DNA of 64,000 bases from Patescibacteria group bacterium (GCA_041662585.1 JBAZSG010000003.1:33011-97010); one strand, 5' to 3'. Shown: positions 38,340 through 48,687, counted from the stretch's first letter. Numbers and translations: made by a program. Notes: generated by a model not told the origin, from the sequence alone.

Positions 38340-39164
38340 ATGGCAGCCTTAATCAAAACAACCAAAACATGGAAAAGACATTTTCCACAAAAACCCCAAA
38401 AGGTCAAAAGGGGTTATTATGGTAAGCAAAAAAGTATCCAGAAGAAAACAATTATTAGAATTATTTTTATAATTTTTATTTTATTATTATTACAAAGTAT
38501 TTTTCAAATAAACTATTTTAAAATAACTAAGATAAATTTGAGTGGTCAAAAAGACCTCAATGTTGAAGAAGTACAAGAATTTGTATTAAATGAACTTACA
38601 GTCAATAAATATATATTTTTTGAAGCTAGTAATTATTTTTTGGCACCTGTAGATGATATAAATTTTAAATTAATTAATAAATACAACTTAGATTCAGTCA
38701 GTATAGAAAAAAAATGGCCAGCTGTATTAAATATTAGCGTCAAAGAAAAAAGTTCACACTTTATTTGGAAGAAAGATGACTCAATATACCTACTTAACGC
38801 TAAAGGGCTCTTAAATCGCCAAATCAGCATTTTGGACGATAAATACTTGGTTTTAGACGATAGGCGTGAGCAAAGACCAGAAGGTGAACAAATTTTTAAT
38901 GAAGAAGAGATAGACATCATAAATCAAATATATTTAAATTGGATTGACCTGATAAGTACTAGGTCCAAATTGGAACGCATTACTATTTACAATGATTGGG
39001 TTATTGAATTGAATACGCAAACTGGTTTTTATGTAAAGATAGATAAAGATCAGGATATCAGGGAACAGCTAAATAATCTAAAGACAGTACTAGAAGAAAA
39101 TATAACCGGAGTAGATATTGATTATATTGATATTAGATTTGGGGATAAGGTCTATTTTAAGTAA
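38340..39164 (+). CDS. FtsQ/DivIB-like cell division protein (TM + POTRA)
   Basis: Single N-terminal TM segment followed by a POTRA-like ITKINLSGQKDLNVEEVQEFV. Confidence 0.45.
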   Translation: MAALIKTTKTWKRHFPQKPQKVKRGYYGKQKSIQKKTIIRIIFIIFILLLLQSIFQINYFKITKINLSGQKDLNVEEVQEFVLNELTVNKYIFFEASNYFLAPVDDINFKLINKYNLDSVSIEKKWPAVLNISVKEKSSHFIWKKDDSIYLLNAKGLLNRQISILDDKYLVLDDRREQRPEGEQIFNEEEIDIINQIYLNWIDLISTRSKLERITIYNDWVIELNTQTGFYVKIDKDQDIREQLNNLKTVLEENITGVDIDYIDIRFGDKVYFK

Positions 39165-39177
39165 TAGATATTAATAT

Positions 39178-39206
39178 TTGACATATGTGTGGTTATTATA
39201 TAGACT
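39178..39206 (+). promoter_or_regulatory. sigma70-like promoter TTGACA-N17-TAGACT
   Basis: ttgacatatgtgtggttattatatagact upstream of the first recombinase gene. Confidence 0.4.
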
Positions 39207-39257
39207 TAATAAAGGTTCGCATAATATAGGTTAAGCGAAGTAATAATATATATAACA

Positions 39258-40229
39258 ATGGAAAAGTCAAAAAAGACAATAATTAAGCACATCCCCCATT
39301 TCTTAGAATATTGTGAAGTTGCTAAAGGTTTAGCTAATTTAACTGTTAAAAATTATGATAGATTTTTATCACCATTTCAAAAATGGTTGAATAAAAATAA
39401 ATTATCAGACCTTCTCCCCCATGAATTATCGCAACAGCATATTTGGGATTATCGTTTGTATTTATCTAGGTATGTAAATCCTAATTTAAAAGCTAATCTC
39501 TTAAAAACAACTCAAAATTATTATTTAATTGCTTTGAGAAGTTTATTGTCTTATTTTGCTGAAAAAGATATATCCTCTCTCCCCCCAGAAAAGATTAAAC
39601 TTAGTAAAGATAAAAAAGGTCGCGTGGTAAAATTTTTATCACTAGATCAAATTGAAAAACTATTGTTAGCACCTGATATTGAAAAATTTTCAGGTCTTCG
39701 AGATAGAGCTATTTTAGAAACATTGTTTAGTACTGGTTTAAGGGTATCAGAGCTTATTGCTCTTAATACAGATGTAATCAATTTAGAAATATTAAATAAA
39801 AATAAAAAAAAGGATTTAGAATTAGTAATAATTGGCAAGGGAAGACAACCACGAACAGTATATTTATCAGAAAGAACTATAAATTGGTTAATAAAATATT
39901 TAAATAAAAGGCAAGACAGTGATTCAGCTTTATTTATTAATGCTCTTCAACATAAAATTACTTCATCTAAACGTCTTTCGGTGCGAGCGGTGGAAATAAT
40001 GATTAAAAAGTATTGCAAATTAACTGGATTGCCCATTACTACCACTCCTCATACTATACGACACTCCTATGCAACAGATTTATTAGAACAAGGAGTAGAT
40101 TTAAGAACTATACAGGAATTTCTTGGCCATCGTAATATTGTAACTACACAAGTTTATACGCATGTTACTAATAAACATTTAAGAGATGTCCATAGAGCAT
40201 TTCATAGTGGAAGAAATTTAAAAAATTAA
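39258..40229 (+). CDS. tyrosine site-specific recombinase (XerC/XerD family)
   Basis: R..HxxR..Y catalytic box HTIRHSYATDLLEQGVDLRTIQEFLGHRNIVTTQVYTHV. Confidence 0.8.
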   Translation: MEKSKKTIIKHIPHFLEYCEVAKGLANLTVKNYDRFLSPFQKWLNKNKLSDLLPHELSQQHIWDYRLYLSRYVNPNLKANLLKTTQNYYLIALRSLLSYFAEKDISSLPPEKIKLSKDKKGRVVKFLSLDQIEKLLLAPDIEKFSGLRDRAILETLFSTGLRVSELIALNTDVINLEILNKNKKKDLELVIIGKGRQPRTVYLSERTINWLIKYLNKRQDSDSALFINALQHKITSSKRLSVRAVEIMIKKYCKLTGLPITTTPHTIRHSYATDLLEQGVDLRTIQEFLGHRNIVTTQVYTHVTNKHLRDVHRAFHSGRNLKN

Positions 40230-40233
40230 TAAA

Positions 40234-40734
40234 ATGAAAAAAAGCGAAAATTTACCATGGCATATTGTAGAAAAAGAAATACATAAGGAAATAGAATGGT
40301 TGACAAAATCTATTGATATTATGGGTAAAGCAGAGAATTCACCAATACCTAGTGAATATTATTTGTATAGGTTAATTGCTATTTTAATTGTGGGTGGACA
40401 AATTAAAGCTAGGGAAATAACTTCTAATGATTTATGGGGTAAATTAAGTAATAATAAAGTTGAAAAAGTACATAAACATGGAAAAGATTGGCATAGAAAT
40501 ATGATGAATATTATTGATAAGTATTTTAAGGATCAAGATTACGATATTATCACAGAGCCTAATTTACATAATGGTCGAGCAGATTTAGGAGTTTTTAAAA
40601 CAGGAAAAAAAGATTTATATATTGAAGTTGGTACTACTTCTATTTATAAATTATGCCTTAATCTTCATTTTATGAAAGACATGATTATTTTAATAGTTCC
40701 ATCTAATAATAAAGTAATAGAATTTGAAAAATAA
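40234..40734 (+). CDS. hypothetical protein between the two recombinases
   Basis: ORF with a 4-nt overlap into the next gene and no recognisable motif. GRADLGVF...LYIEVG is weakly reminiscent of a restriction-endonuclease-like fold. Confidence 0.35.
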   Translation: MKKSENLPWHIVEKEIHKEIEWLTKSIDIMGKAENSPIPSEYYLYRLIAILIVGGQIKAREITSNDLWGKLSNNKVEKVHKHGKDWHRNMMNIIDKYFKDQDYDIITEPNLHNGRADLGVFKTGKKDLYIEVGTTSIYKLCLNLHFMKDMIILIVPSNNKVIEFEK

Positions 40735-41668
40735 CATGCTCCCTAATTTTAAAGAATTTTTATTATACTTAGAAAAAAAGGATTATTCTATTCAGACTAT
40801 CCATAGTTATGAAAGAGATCTAAATACTTTTGAAAATTTTTTAGAGGAAGATATTAAAATAGGTTTTGATCAATTGAATAAAAGACACATTATCAAATTT
40901 CAAACTTATCTCTCCTCTGCTTCCAGACAGACTGCTGCTCATGAGCAGGGCGAAAAAAAATTATCTAGCCAAAGTATCAATCGTATGCTTTCAAGTTTAC
41001 GGTCTTATATTAAATTTTTAATAGATGTGAATTATAAATCTCCAATTGATTCTGATTCTATCAAACTACTAAAAATTGAAAAGGAGTATGGCCAAGTTCC
41101 AGAAATGCCTGACTTGATAAGACTAATAGAATGTCCTACTAAGTTTGAAACTGATCTCACTATCAAGCTTCGCAATCGTGCCATGCTCGAGACATTATTT
41201 TCTACTGGTATGCGTATTTCCGAATTACTTTCTTTGAAGCGTGAACAACTAGACAATACTGGACGTATTTATGTCATGGGTAAAGGCAAAAAACAACGCT
41301 TTGTTTATCTTACTCCTCGAGCTATCAAACATATCAAAGATTATTTACTCACTCGTCATGATCAAGCTCCTTATCTTTTTATACCGTATCGTGGCTTAAA
41401 TAATGCTGATAAAAATAAAAAAATCTCTACCAATTATTTGCAAGCAAAAATAAAAAAATATAGAGAGCTTCTCTCTATCAATATCCCTATTTCAGCTCAC
41501 TCTATAAGACATTCTTTTGCTACTTATTTGGCAGAAAATGGTGCCAATCCAGCCGCTATTCAAATATTACTTGGTCATGAGTCTTTAGATACTACCACTC
41601 GTTATGTACATACTAGTGATCGTTATGCTGAAAAAATGCATACAGATTTTTATCCTCTTAAAAAATAA
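40724..41668 (+). CDS. tyrosine site-specific recombinase (XerC/XerD family)
   Basis: HSIRHSFATYLAENGANPAAIQILLGHESLDTTTRYVHT. Confidence 0.8.
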   Translation: MKNNMLPNFKEFLLYLEKKDYSIQTIHSYERDLNTFENFLEEDIKIGFDQLNKRHIIKFQTYLSSASRQTAAHEQGEKKLSSQSINRMLSSLRSYIKFLIDVNYKSPIDSDSIKLLKIEKEYGQVPEMPDLIRLIECPTKFETDLTIKLRNRAMLETLFSTGMRISELLSLKREQLDNTGRIYVMGKGKKQRFVYLTPRAIKHIKDYLLTRHDQAPYLFIPYRGLNNADKNKKISTNYLQAKIKKYRELLSINIPISAHSIRHSFATYLAENGANPAAIQILLGHESLDTTTRYVHTSDRYAEKMHTDFYPLKK

Positions 41669-41938
41669 ACTATAAAATTTATTATTTTTTGTAAAAAAAA
41701 CGGACATCCTCTCAGGTGCGAAAAGGATGTCCATCAGAGCTGATTTGTTCCAGTATTTTGAAAAGCTAGTATCAGCCGCAACCTATATTAAGATGGTTGT
41801 GCTCGTTGTATGGGTAGGTTTTTTTGTTGTGGAGAGTTCCTACACCAAAGAGCTCTTAAATAGGTTACTAACTATTCAAAGAACAAATCAGATTAAGCTG
41901 ATATTAGCAAACTAAAAATATATTGTCAAATAAAAAAA

Positions 41939-41953
41939 GCCCCTAAACGGGGC
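41939..41953. terminator. bidirectional terminator hairpin gcccctaaacggggc flanked by A-run and T-run
   Basis: Inverted repeat with aaaaaaa upstream and taatttt downstream. Confidence 0.6.
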
Positions 41954-41969
41954 TAATTTTAGTTTAATT

Positions 41970-43223
41970 TTATGGTAAGTAGTTTAATGGATCTACAGGG
42001 ACTCCATTGAGACGAATTTCTAAGTGAAGATGAGGTCCGGTAGTCAGTGGTCCAGCTCCTCTGGTTCCTGGCATACCACCACTATAGCCTATAATATCAC
42101 CTTTGGATACAAATTGATCAGCACTAACATTTATTTTATTGACGTGTCCATAGACAGTAGAAAGACCGTCGGCATGAACTATCATAATATAGCTATAACC
42201 AGTAGATCCTCCATCTTTGGCTTTGGCCACATAGCCAGAGTCAGCTGCTCTAAGAGCAGTGCCTTGTGGTGTAGCAATGTCTATCGCTGGATGTTCAAAA
42301 ATATAACGGTATGGATAATCAGCATCGTGGAAATAAGAGGTAATCCTTTGAGAAGCCACTGGCCACATCAGACCATCACTAGAGATGTTTTCTAATTCCA
42401 ATTGTCGGTTTACTTTTTCACGAGCTACTTTTTCTAGATAAACAATGTCATTATTTATATCTTCTTGTTCTTGTTTGGCTTGGCGTAAAAGTTCTTGATA
42501 TTTAGATTCTTGTCCTTGGGTAGCTGCCATCAAAGAAAATTTGACTGTTTTTTGTCCATCTAGGTTATCTTTTTTACTGTCTAGAATATTATTTAAAGTA
42601 TTAAGCTCGTTTATTTTATTTTCTATAGAAGATTTATCAGTATCAAGAGCCAATTTTATTTCATATAATTGTTCTACTCCGTCAAATAAATTATCTCTCA
42701 TATCTTCTAGACGACTAAGATCGGCCAAGAAGTCACTAAAATTATTATTTAGTATTACTATTTCTAATAAACTATTTTGTTGCTGTTGTCTATGTAGTGA
42801 TCTGATAATACCAGCCAGTATTTCTTTTTGCTCGCTTATTTCTTTTTCTTTAGCATCAATTTTTAATTGAGTATTTTCTATTTGAAGATCCAGCTCTTCA
42901 ATTTCTAGCTGGGTTGATTCTATTTCTAGATTTATTTTGGCTATACTATCATTGAGAGTACTTACTTGGTTGTTTAGATTGCCAATTTCTCTTTGTTTGG
43001 CAGATATATTTTTTTGATAGATATCAATTTGACGTTTTAATTCTTGAATTTCAGAGCGTTTTTCATTGATATCTTGGTTTATTTGCCATGTTTCTACGGT
43101 ATTTAGGTTGTCTAGTTTGTATTCAACAGCCTTAGTATTATAAGGGAAAAAAATAAAGCCAAATATGGCTATCGACAATATACTAGCTAATATTTTGATA
43201 GTTTTTATTTTTATTTGTAGCAT
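41970..43223 (-). CDS. M23-family metallopeptidase with a long N-terminal coiled coil (EnvC-like)
   Basis: Signal/TM N-terminus, ~250 aa of heptad-rich sequence, and a C-terminal LytM/M23 domain (HxxxD ... GPHLHLE). Confidence 0.75.
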   Translation of the reverse strand: MLQIKIKTIKILASILSIAIFGFIFFPYNTKAVEYKLDNLNTVETWQINQDINEKRSEIQELKRQIDIYQKNISAKQREIGNLNNQVSTLNDSIAKINLEIESTQLEIEELDLQIENTQLKIDAKEKEISEQKEILAGIIRSLHRQQQQNSLLEIVILNNNFSDFLADLSRLEDMRDNLFDGVEQLYEIKLALDTDKSSIENKINELNTLNNILDSKKDNLDGQKTVKFSLMAATQGQESKYQELLRQAKQEQEDINNDIVYLEKVAREKVNRQLELENISSDGLMWPVASQRITSYFHDADYPYRYIFEHPAIDIATPQGTALRAADSGYVAKAKDGGSTGYSYIMIVHADGLSTVYGHVNKINVSADQFVSKGDIIGYSGGMPGTRGAGPLTTGPHLHLEIRLNGVPVDPLNYLP

Positions 43224-43277
43224 GGTTTTTTCAATATAGCTATATTATAGCATATTTATAGCTTCTTGGCAAGAAAA

Positions 43278-44705
43278 TTAGCCCAATTTTTTAATTGCTT
43301 TATTAATTCTAAGTAAAGCTTCTTCTTTGCCTAAAAATTCTAGTAACTCTCCTGGTGATGGAGAGCGTTCTAGACCAGAACAAGCTACTCTTAGTGGCCA
43401 AAAAATGTCTCCCGGACTAAGTGATCTTTTGGCTATTATATTTTTTATAGAATTATCAATAGTATTTTGGTCCCATTCACTATGATGTATTTTGGCCAGA
43501 GTGCCCAAGGCTAGGTTTAAAGCCTCTTTGGTTTTGGCTAAATCGGATTTTTTAAAAATTAGCATTTCTGCTTGATAATCTGGCAATTCAAATAAAAATT
43601 TACTATCTTCAGCTAGTTGAGCTAAGTTTTCTATACGGCTATTGAATAATCTTAAAACTTTTTTGGCTTGATGAGAGTTTTTGCCCAAAAATTTTTCTGT
43701 TTCACTTATCAGCTGTTCAAATCTTTTGTCATTTTGGGTTATTATTTTTTTGATATATTCAGCATTAAACCAATTTAGTTTTGTAATATCAAATACAGCT
43801 CCAGCTTTATTTATTTTTTCCAAAGAAAATTCTTTGATCAATTCTTTGGTCAAGAAAAATTCTTGATTGTTACCAGGATTCCACCCTAGCAGGGCTATAT
43901 AATTTATCAAAGCTTCTACAACATAACCTTTGTTGAGATAATCCTCTACAGCTACATCCCCTTGTCTTTTGGATAGTTTGGACCTATCAGGATTGAGCAA
44001 TAGTGGTAGATGTACAAAAATAGGTAAATGATAATTTAGAGCATTATAAATTAAAAGATGTTTGGGAAAAGATGGCATCCACTCCTCTCCTCTTATGACA
44101 TGACTAATACGCATATCATGATCGTCTACGACACTAGCTAGATGATAAGTAGGATATTTATTTGATTTTAAAATAACAAAATCATCCAAATCTTTGCTTT
44201 TAACAGAAATTTTTCCATAAACAATATCTTGTCCACTTATGATTTGCTCGTCTGGAATTTTAAAACGGACTACAAATTTTTCACCAGCTTTTATTTTTTG
44301 GGCTATTTCTTCTTTGCTAAGATTCAAGCAATGGCGATCATATTTGGGTACTTGTTTATTTTTTTGTTGTTCGTCCCGTATTTTATCCAATCTTTCCTGA
44401 GAGCAAAAGCATCTATAGGCATGGTTGTTGTCTAGTAGTTTGTCACTAGCTTTTTGATAAAGTTTTATTCTATTTGATTGATGTTGTATATCTTTGTCTG
44501 AGTTTATGTCAAATTTTGATAAAGTATCTATGAGTTGTTTGTCAGCACCTTCTATATATCTAGCTCTATCGGTATCCTCTATTCTAATGATAAATTCACC
44601 TTTATTTTTTTTGGCCCACAAATAAGAAAACAAAGCTGTACGAAGACCACCAATGTGAAGGTATCCAGTTGGACTGGGAGCAAATCTAGTTCTCACTTTT
44701 TCCAT
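43278..44705 (-). CDS. gltX: glutamate--tRNA ligase
   Basis: RFAPSPTGYLHIGGLRTALF (HIGH) and KLSKR motifs. Confidence 0.9.
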   Translation of the reverse strand: MEKVRTRFAPSPTGYLHIGGLRTALFSYLWAKKNKGEFIIRIEDTDRARYIEGADKQLIDTLSKFDINSDKDIQHQSNRIKLYQKASDKLLDNNHAYRCFCSQERLDKIRDEQQKNKQVPKYDRHCLNLSKEEIAQKIKAGEKFVVRFKIPDEQIISGQDIVYGKISVKSKDLDDFVILKSNKYPTYHLASVVDDHDMRISHVIRGEEWMPSFPKHLLIYNALNYHLPIFVHLPLLLNPDRSKLSKRQGDVAVEDYLNKGYVVEALINYIALLGWNPGNNQEFFLTKELIKEFSLEKINKAGAVFDITKLNWFNAEYIKKIITQNDKRFEQLISETEKFLGKNSHQAKKVLRLFNSRIENLAQLAEDSKFLFELPDYQAEMLIFKKSDLAKTKEALNLALGTLAKIHHSEWDQNTIDNSIKNIIAKRSLSPGDIFWPLRVACSGLERSPSPGELLEFLGKEEALLRINKAIKKLG

Positions 44706-45432
44706 GTTTTTGTTGTTTTTTAGCTTTTTTATATACCAAGTAAGGAAAGATAAATATAGCTCTGTTGATGCGTAACAGTCTTTTTGGCTGTAATATTAGC
44801 CTCCAAAGCCATTCTAAACCAAGACTTTGTAAAAGCTTGGGAGCTCTTTTTATTTTACCAGACATAAAGTCAAAAGTCCCGCCTATGCCAGCAGCTATTT
44901 TGACATTTGGTATTTGCTGTATATTTTCTGAAATCCAAATATCTTGAGTCGGCGCTCCAAGACCAACTAGTATTATATCTGGAGCAAACATTTTTCCTTT
45001 GGCTAGAGCTGTATGCTCATCTGATACTTGAAAGTCTAGAGCTGGATATTTATTTTTTATCGCTACAAAAAAATTGTCAGTCTTGGTCATTCCTTTACTA
45101 TATAAACAAAACATTATTTTTAAATTTTTGTTTATAGCCAAATCAATTAATATTTCACTTAATCTGACTCCGGTTATTCTATCATCCAATGATATGCTAT
45201 GACCCAAATATTGTAGGGCTTTTATAATACCAGCGCCATCAATAAGAGAGATACTGGCTTTATTTATTATTTCCAAAAACTTTTTATTGTTTTGACTTTG
45301 CACTATAAATTCTGGATTGACCGTAGCTATTTGATGTTGTTTTTGAGAATCCAAAAATTCAAACAATTTATTTTTTAGTTTGTGTTCTGCTAGTGTGTTT
45401 AATTTTACGCCCAAAAGATTGTATTCGTTCAT
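44686..45432 (-). CDS. WecB/TagA/CpsF-family glycosyltransferase (GT26)
   Basis: Family-typical layout with C-terminal GIGGTFDFMSGKIKRAP. Confidence 0.7.
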   Translation of the reverse strand: MNEYNLLGVKLNTLAEHKLKNKLFEFLDSQKQHQIATVNPEFIVQSQNNKKFLEIINKASISLIDGAGIIKALQYLGHSISLDDRITGVRLSEILIDLAINKNLKIMFCLYSKGMTKTDNFFVAIKNKYPALDFQVSDEHTALAKGKMFAPDIILVGLGAPTQDIWISENIQQIPNVKIAAGIGGTFDFMSGKIKRAPKLLQSLGLEWLWRLILQPKRLLRINRAIFIFPYLVYKKAKKQQKHGKSEN

Positions 45433-45980
45433 AGATCAAAAACTTGCAAGGTTGTATATTCTGAGCCAGCTTTGGTCAACTCACTTTCTTTTAATTCAAA
45501 ATAAGAAACAAAAAATGATTTTTTAATTTGCCAATTATTAAATTCTTCAAATTCTTCAAAATCAGCTTTTTGTTTTACTCTAGCTAAAGTAAGATGAGCA
45601 GAAAAGCGTCTAACTTCTTTGTGCGATAAACCATCATCAAATAGTACTTGATCTATTTCATCATACAATTTTTGTAAGTCATTGTTTTTTTTGATGGCTA
45701 GAGCCAATACTTTTGGTTGTTGGATATTAAATATTTCACTTTGATTTATTTCTAATTCAAGATCACTAATGCCTATATCTATCCTAGACAAGCTGTTTAA
45801 TAAATCAGGAATTTTGTCTATAGGAAAATCGCCCAAAAATTTTAGGGTCAAATGCATTTGTTCTAAATTTGCTTTTTTCAATTTTTCCCAAGGTAAATTT
45901 AGATTAGAAAATTTTTTGATTATATCCTTGCTAAGCATTGGATCAACTGGCAATGATATAAACAATCTTTTAGTTTCCAT
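45429..45980 (-). CDS. RNA 2',3'-cyclic phosphodiesterase / 2'-5' RNA ligase (2H family, LigT-like)
   Basis: Two H-x-T-x motifs, HLTLKF and HLTLAR. Confidence 0.7.
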   Translation of the reverse strand: METKRLFISLPVDPMLSKDIIKKFSNLNLPWEKLKKANLEQMHLTLKFLGDFPIDKIPDLLNSLSRIDIGISDLELEINQSEIFNIQQPKVLALAIKKNNDLQKLYDEIDQVLFDDGLSHKEVRRFSAHLTLARVKQKADFEEFEEFNNWQIKKSFFVSYFELKESELTKAGSEYTTLQVFDL

Positions 45981-46080
45981 AGCTTAATTTTATCTTAAAT
46001 ATACCCAAAAATCAATGGTAAAAATATAAAAATTTTGCTATAATAGATAAACTAAAATAAAAAATAAACTTTAAATTTAT

Positions 46081-47559
46081 ATGTCTAGCTATTATAAGCG
46101 TAAAATCGCAATTTTTACTTTACTTTCTATACTTATCCCCAACCTAGTATATGGTGCTGAGGTAGATTATAATCATATAATCTCTGATCAAGAGGCAGAA
46201 GACTATCAATCTATGACAATGTTTGAAATTAGGGATTTTTTACGTTCTCAAAATTCTTATTTAGCAGATTATGAATATAGTGGAAACAATCCCTCTCTTG
46301 CTCAGTTGGCTCTTGATCCAGCCAAAAAATATATTCAGACTAGAGGTGCTGCCGAAATAATCTATAATGCTGCTCAAGAGGCAAAAATAAATCCTCAATT
46401 TTTATTAACTTTATTACAAAAAGAGCAAGGCTTGATAGAAAATTCAGATCCTTCGGAGAGAAATTTAAATTTTGCTATGGGTTATTATTGTTATGATGGA
46501 AATTATTGTAATGTTGCTTATAAAGGATTTGGCAAGCAAATTAGAGGTGCTGCTCTTCAATTTCGTTGGTATATGGATAATATCTATTCATACAATTGGC
46601 AACCAAACAAAGCCGCTTGTGCTGATGATCCAAATACATCGCTACCTTGTACTTCCAAAGGAACTGTAGTTACTCCAGCCAACAAAATTACAGCCGCTAT
46701 GTATATTTACACGCCTCATCTTCATGGAAATAAATTGTTTTTTACGCTTTGGAATAAATATGGCTTTGGTGGAGAAATTGACGAAGTGGAAAATGATATT
46801 CCTGTTGTCAAAACTGGCTTCTTTCCGGAAGGTGCTTTAGTAAAAGCCAAAGACAGTGAAGCGGGCACTATTTATTTGATCAGCAATGAGCAAAAAAGAG
46901 CTTTTGCAAATATGAATGCTTTGGTGTCACGCTTTGATCCAGATAAAGTCTTGTTAGTAGATCAAAAAGATTTAGCAAATTATGACAATGGTCCTGTGAT
47001 TGCGCATGCTAATTATTCAGTCTTGGAAGATTTGAGTGCTAAGAGATATTTGATAGATGGCGTGACCAAGAGGCTTATCACCTCAGATGAAGCTTTTCGT
47101 CAACTTGGCTATAGTCTTGAAGAAATAGAAAAAGTAAGTGACACTGATTTAAATGCTTATCAGACAGGTGAACCATTGGATGAATCTTCTAGTCCTTTTG
47201 CAGAGCTTTGGAAAGATATGACTAGTGCTGAGGTTTACCTTGTAAAAGATGGTCAAAAACACACAATAATTGATCAATTTATTTTGAATGCCAATTTTGC
47301 TGACATGAAAATAAAAGAAGTAACTGCTAAAACATTGGAAAATTTGAGTAGTGGAACACCAATCAAATTACTAGATGGTACTTTGATCAAAAAAGATTTA
47401 GATGCCAGAGTTTATGTAATATCCAATGGACAAAGACGTCTTATTTCCGACGGAGCTACTTTTGAAAAATTGGGCTACAATTGGTCTCAAATATACACTG
47501 TCAGTAGTAAAATAATGAATTTTCATGTTCTAGGTGAGCCAATTTTAAGTCAAGAATAA
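46081..47559 (+). CDS. secreted protein with four C-terminal ~45-aa repeats, unknown function
   Basis: Signal peptide with a Cys-containing N-terminal domain. The repeats are TIYLISNEQKRAF.., KRYLIDGVTKRLITSDEAFRQLGY.., EVYLVKDGQKHTII.., RVYVISNGQRRLISDGATFEKLGY. Confidence 0.45.
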   Translation: MSSYYKRKIAIFTLLSILIPNLVYGAEVDYNHIISDQEAEDYQSMTMFEIRDFLRSQNSYLADYEYSGNNPSLAQLALDPAKKYIQTRGAAEIIYNAAQEAKINPQFLLTLLQKEQGLIENSDPSERNLNFAMGYYCYDGNYCNVAYKGFGKQIRGAALQFRWYMDNIYSYNWQPNKAACADDPNTSLPCTSKGTVVTPANKITAAMYIYTPHLHGNKLFFTLWNKYGFGGEIDEVENDIPVVKTGFFPEGALVKAKDSEAGTIYLISNEQKRAFANMNALVSRFDPDKVLLVDQKDLANYDNGPVIAHANYSVLEDLSAKRYLIDGVTKRLITSDEAFRQLGYSLEEIEKVSDTDLNAYQTGEPLDESSSPFAELWKDMTSAEVYLVKDGQKHTIIDQFILNANFADMKIKEVTAKTLENLSSGTPIKLLDGTLIKKDLDARVYVISNGQRRLISDGATFEKLGYNWSQIYTVSSKIMNFHVLGEPILSQE

Positions 47560-47563
47560 TTAT

Positions 47564-48376
47564 ATGATTACCTTTGCTTGTTTTGTACCTCACTCACCAA
47601 TTCTTATACCAGAGGTAGGTAAAGAAAATTTGGATAAATTAAAAACAACTGTAGATGCTTATAAAAATCTAGAGCAGGATTTGTATTCTGCTAAGCCAGA
47701 TATTATTATTGTGATTTCTCCACATGCTAATGCTCAAGGAGGTAATTTTTTTACCATAAATCAACAACCAAAGTTATTGGCCAATTTTAAAAAATTTGGT
47801 GATTTGGTCACTAAATTACAATTTAATAATGAAATTGGTTTTGGTTATAAAATAAAAGAATCTTGTGAAGATTATTTTCCGATTATGCTGACAGCCGAAC
47901 AAGAGCTTGATTATGGTAGCGCTGTACCTCTCCTCTATTTGACTGAACATTTACCAAATATCAAAATTGTTAGTATTGGTTATGCTGATTTGTCTTATCA
48001 AGAGCATATAAAATTTGGTGAGCTTATTCGTAAACAAACGAATTTGATTGACAAAAGGATAGCTATTGTTGCTTCTGGAGATTTGTCTCACAAATTACAC
48101 AAAGATTCTCCAGCTGGCTATTCATCACGAGCTCAAGAATTTGATCAAGAAATAATCAAATTACTAAATGATACTTCGTCTACCAATAGACAAAACAAAA
48201 TAGACAAACTTGTTGATTTGGATCCAAAGCTTATAGCCGAATCTGGCGAATGTGGCATGCGTTCACTTTTGATACTTTTGGGTATTATCAAAGAACTAAA
48301 CTATCAAGCCAGTAAGCTCAGCTATCAAGCACCTTTTGGTATAGGCTATCTGGTACAAAATTTTGAAATAAAATAA
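47564..48376 (+). CDS. class III extradiol dioxygenase (LigB) / MEMO1-like family protein
   Basis: Family-like N-terminus FACFVPHSPILIPEVG...IIIVISPHA. Low-specificity call. Confidence 0.35.
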   Translation: MITFACFVPHSPILIPEVGKENLDKLKTTVDAYKNLEQDLYSAKPDIIIVISPHANAQGGNFFTINQQPKLLANFKKFGDLVTKLQFNNEIGFGYKIKESCEDYFPIMLTAEQELDYGSAVPLLYLTEHLPNIKIVSIGYADLSYQEHIKFGELIRKQTNLIDKRIAIVASGDLSHKLHKDSPAGYSSRAQEFDQEIIKLLNDTSSTNRQNKIDKLVDLDPKLIAESGECGMRSLLILLGIIKELNYQASKLSYQAPFGIGYLVQNFEIK

Positions 48377-48399
48377 GCTCCTAAACGGAGCTTTTTTTG
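48376..48399. terminator. terminator hairpin agctcctaaacggagct + T7
   Basis: Perfect 6-bp stem followed by TTTTTTTG. It overlaps the stop of the minus-strand ORF. Confidence 0.55.
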
Positions 48400-48647
48400 T
48401 TTTCTGATATTAGCTTGAAAAAATAGCGCCAACGACCAGATCCTTGAGCCAATTCTTTGGTATCATCTAGGCATTTTTCTACAAAATTTCTATTGTAATC
48501 TTTACATACTTTGAATACTGAGTTGCGTTTTGATTGAGGAATAGCCAGCTCTTCTATAATACGCAAAGCCAAATCTTGCCACTGATAAGCTGGTGCTTTA
48601 TTGATGGTATCTTTTTTATTTTTGAATATATCGGCTATTTGTTGCAT
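48381..48647 (-). CDS. hypothetical protein (88 aa)
   Basis: ORF only. Confidence 0.3.
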   Translation of the reverse strand: MQQIADIFKNKKDTINKAPAYQWQDLALRIIEELAIPQSKRNSVFKVCKDYNRNFVEKCLDDTKELAQGSGRWRYFFKLISENKKSSV

Positions 48648-48687
48648 ACATATATACTAGCAAATATATATATATTAGTCATTAGCA

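Noticed and set aside
41727-41915. 62-aa ORF after the second recombinase
   Set aside because: Its start is embedded in a hairpin, there is no RBS, and it lies in a terminator region. Probably spurious.
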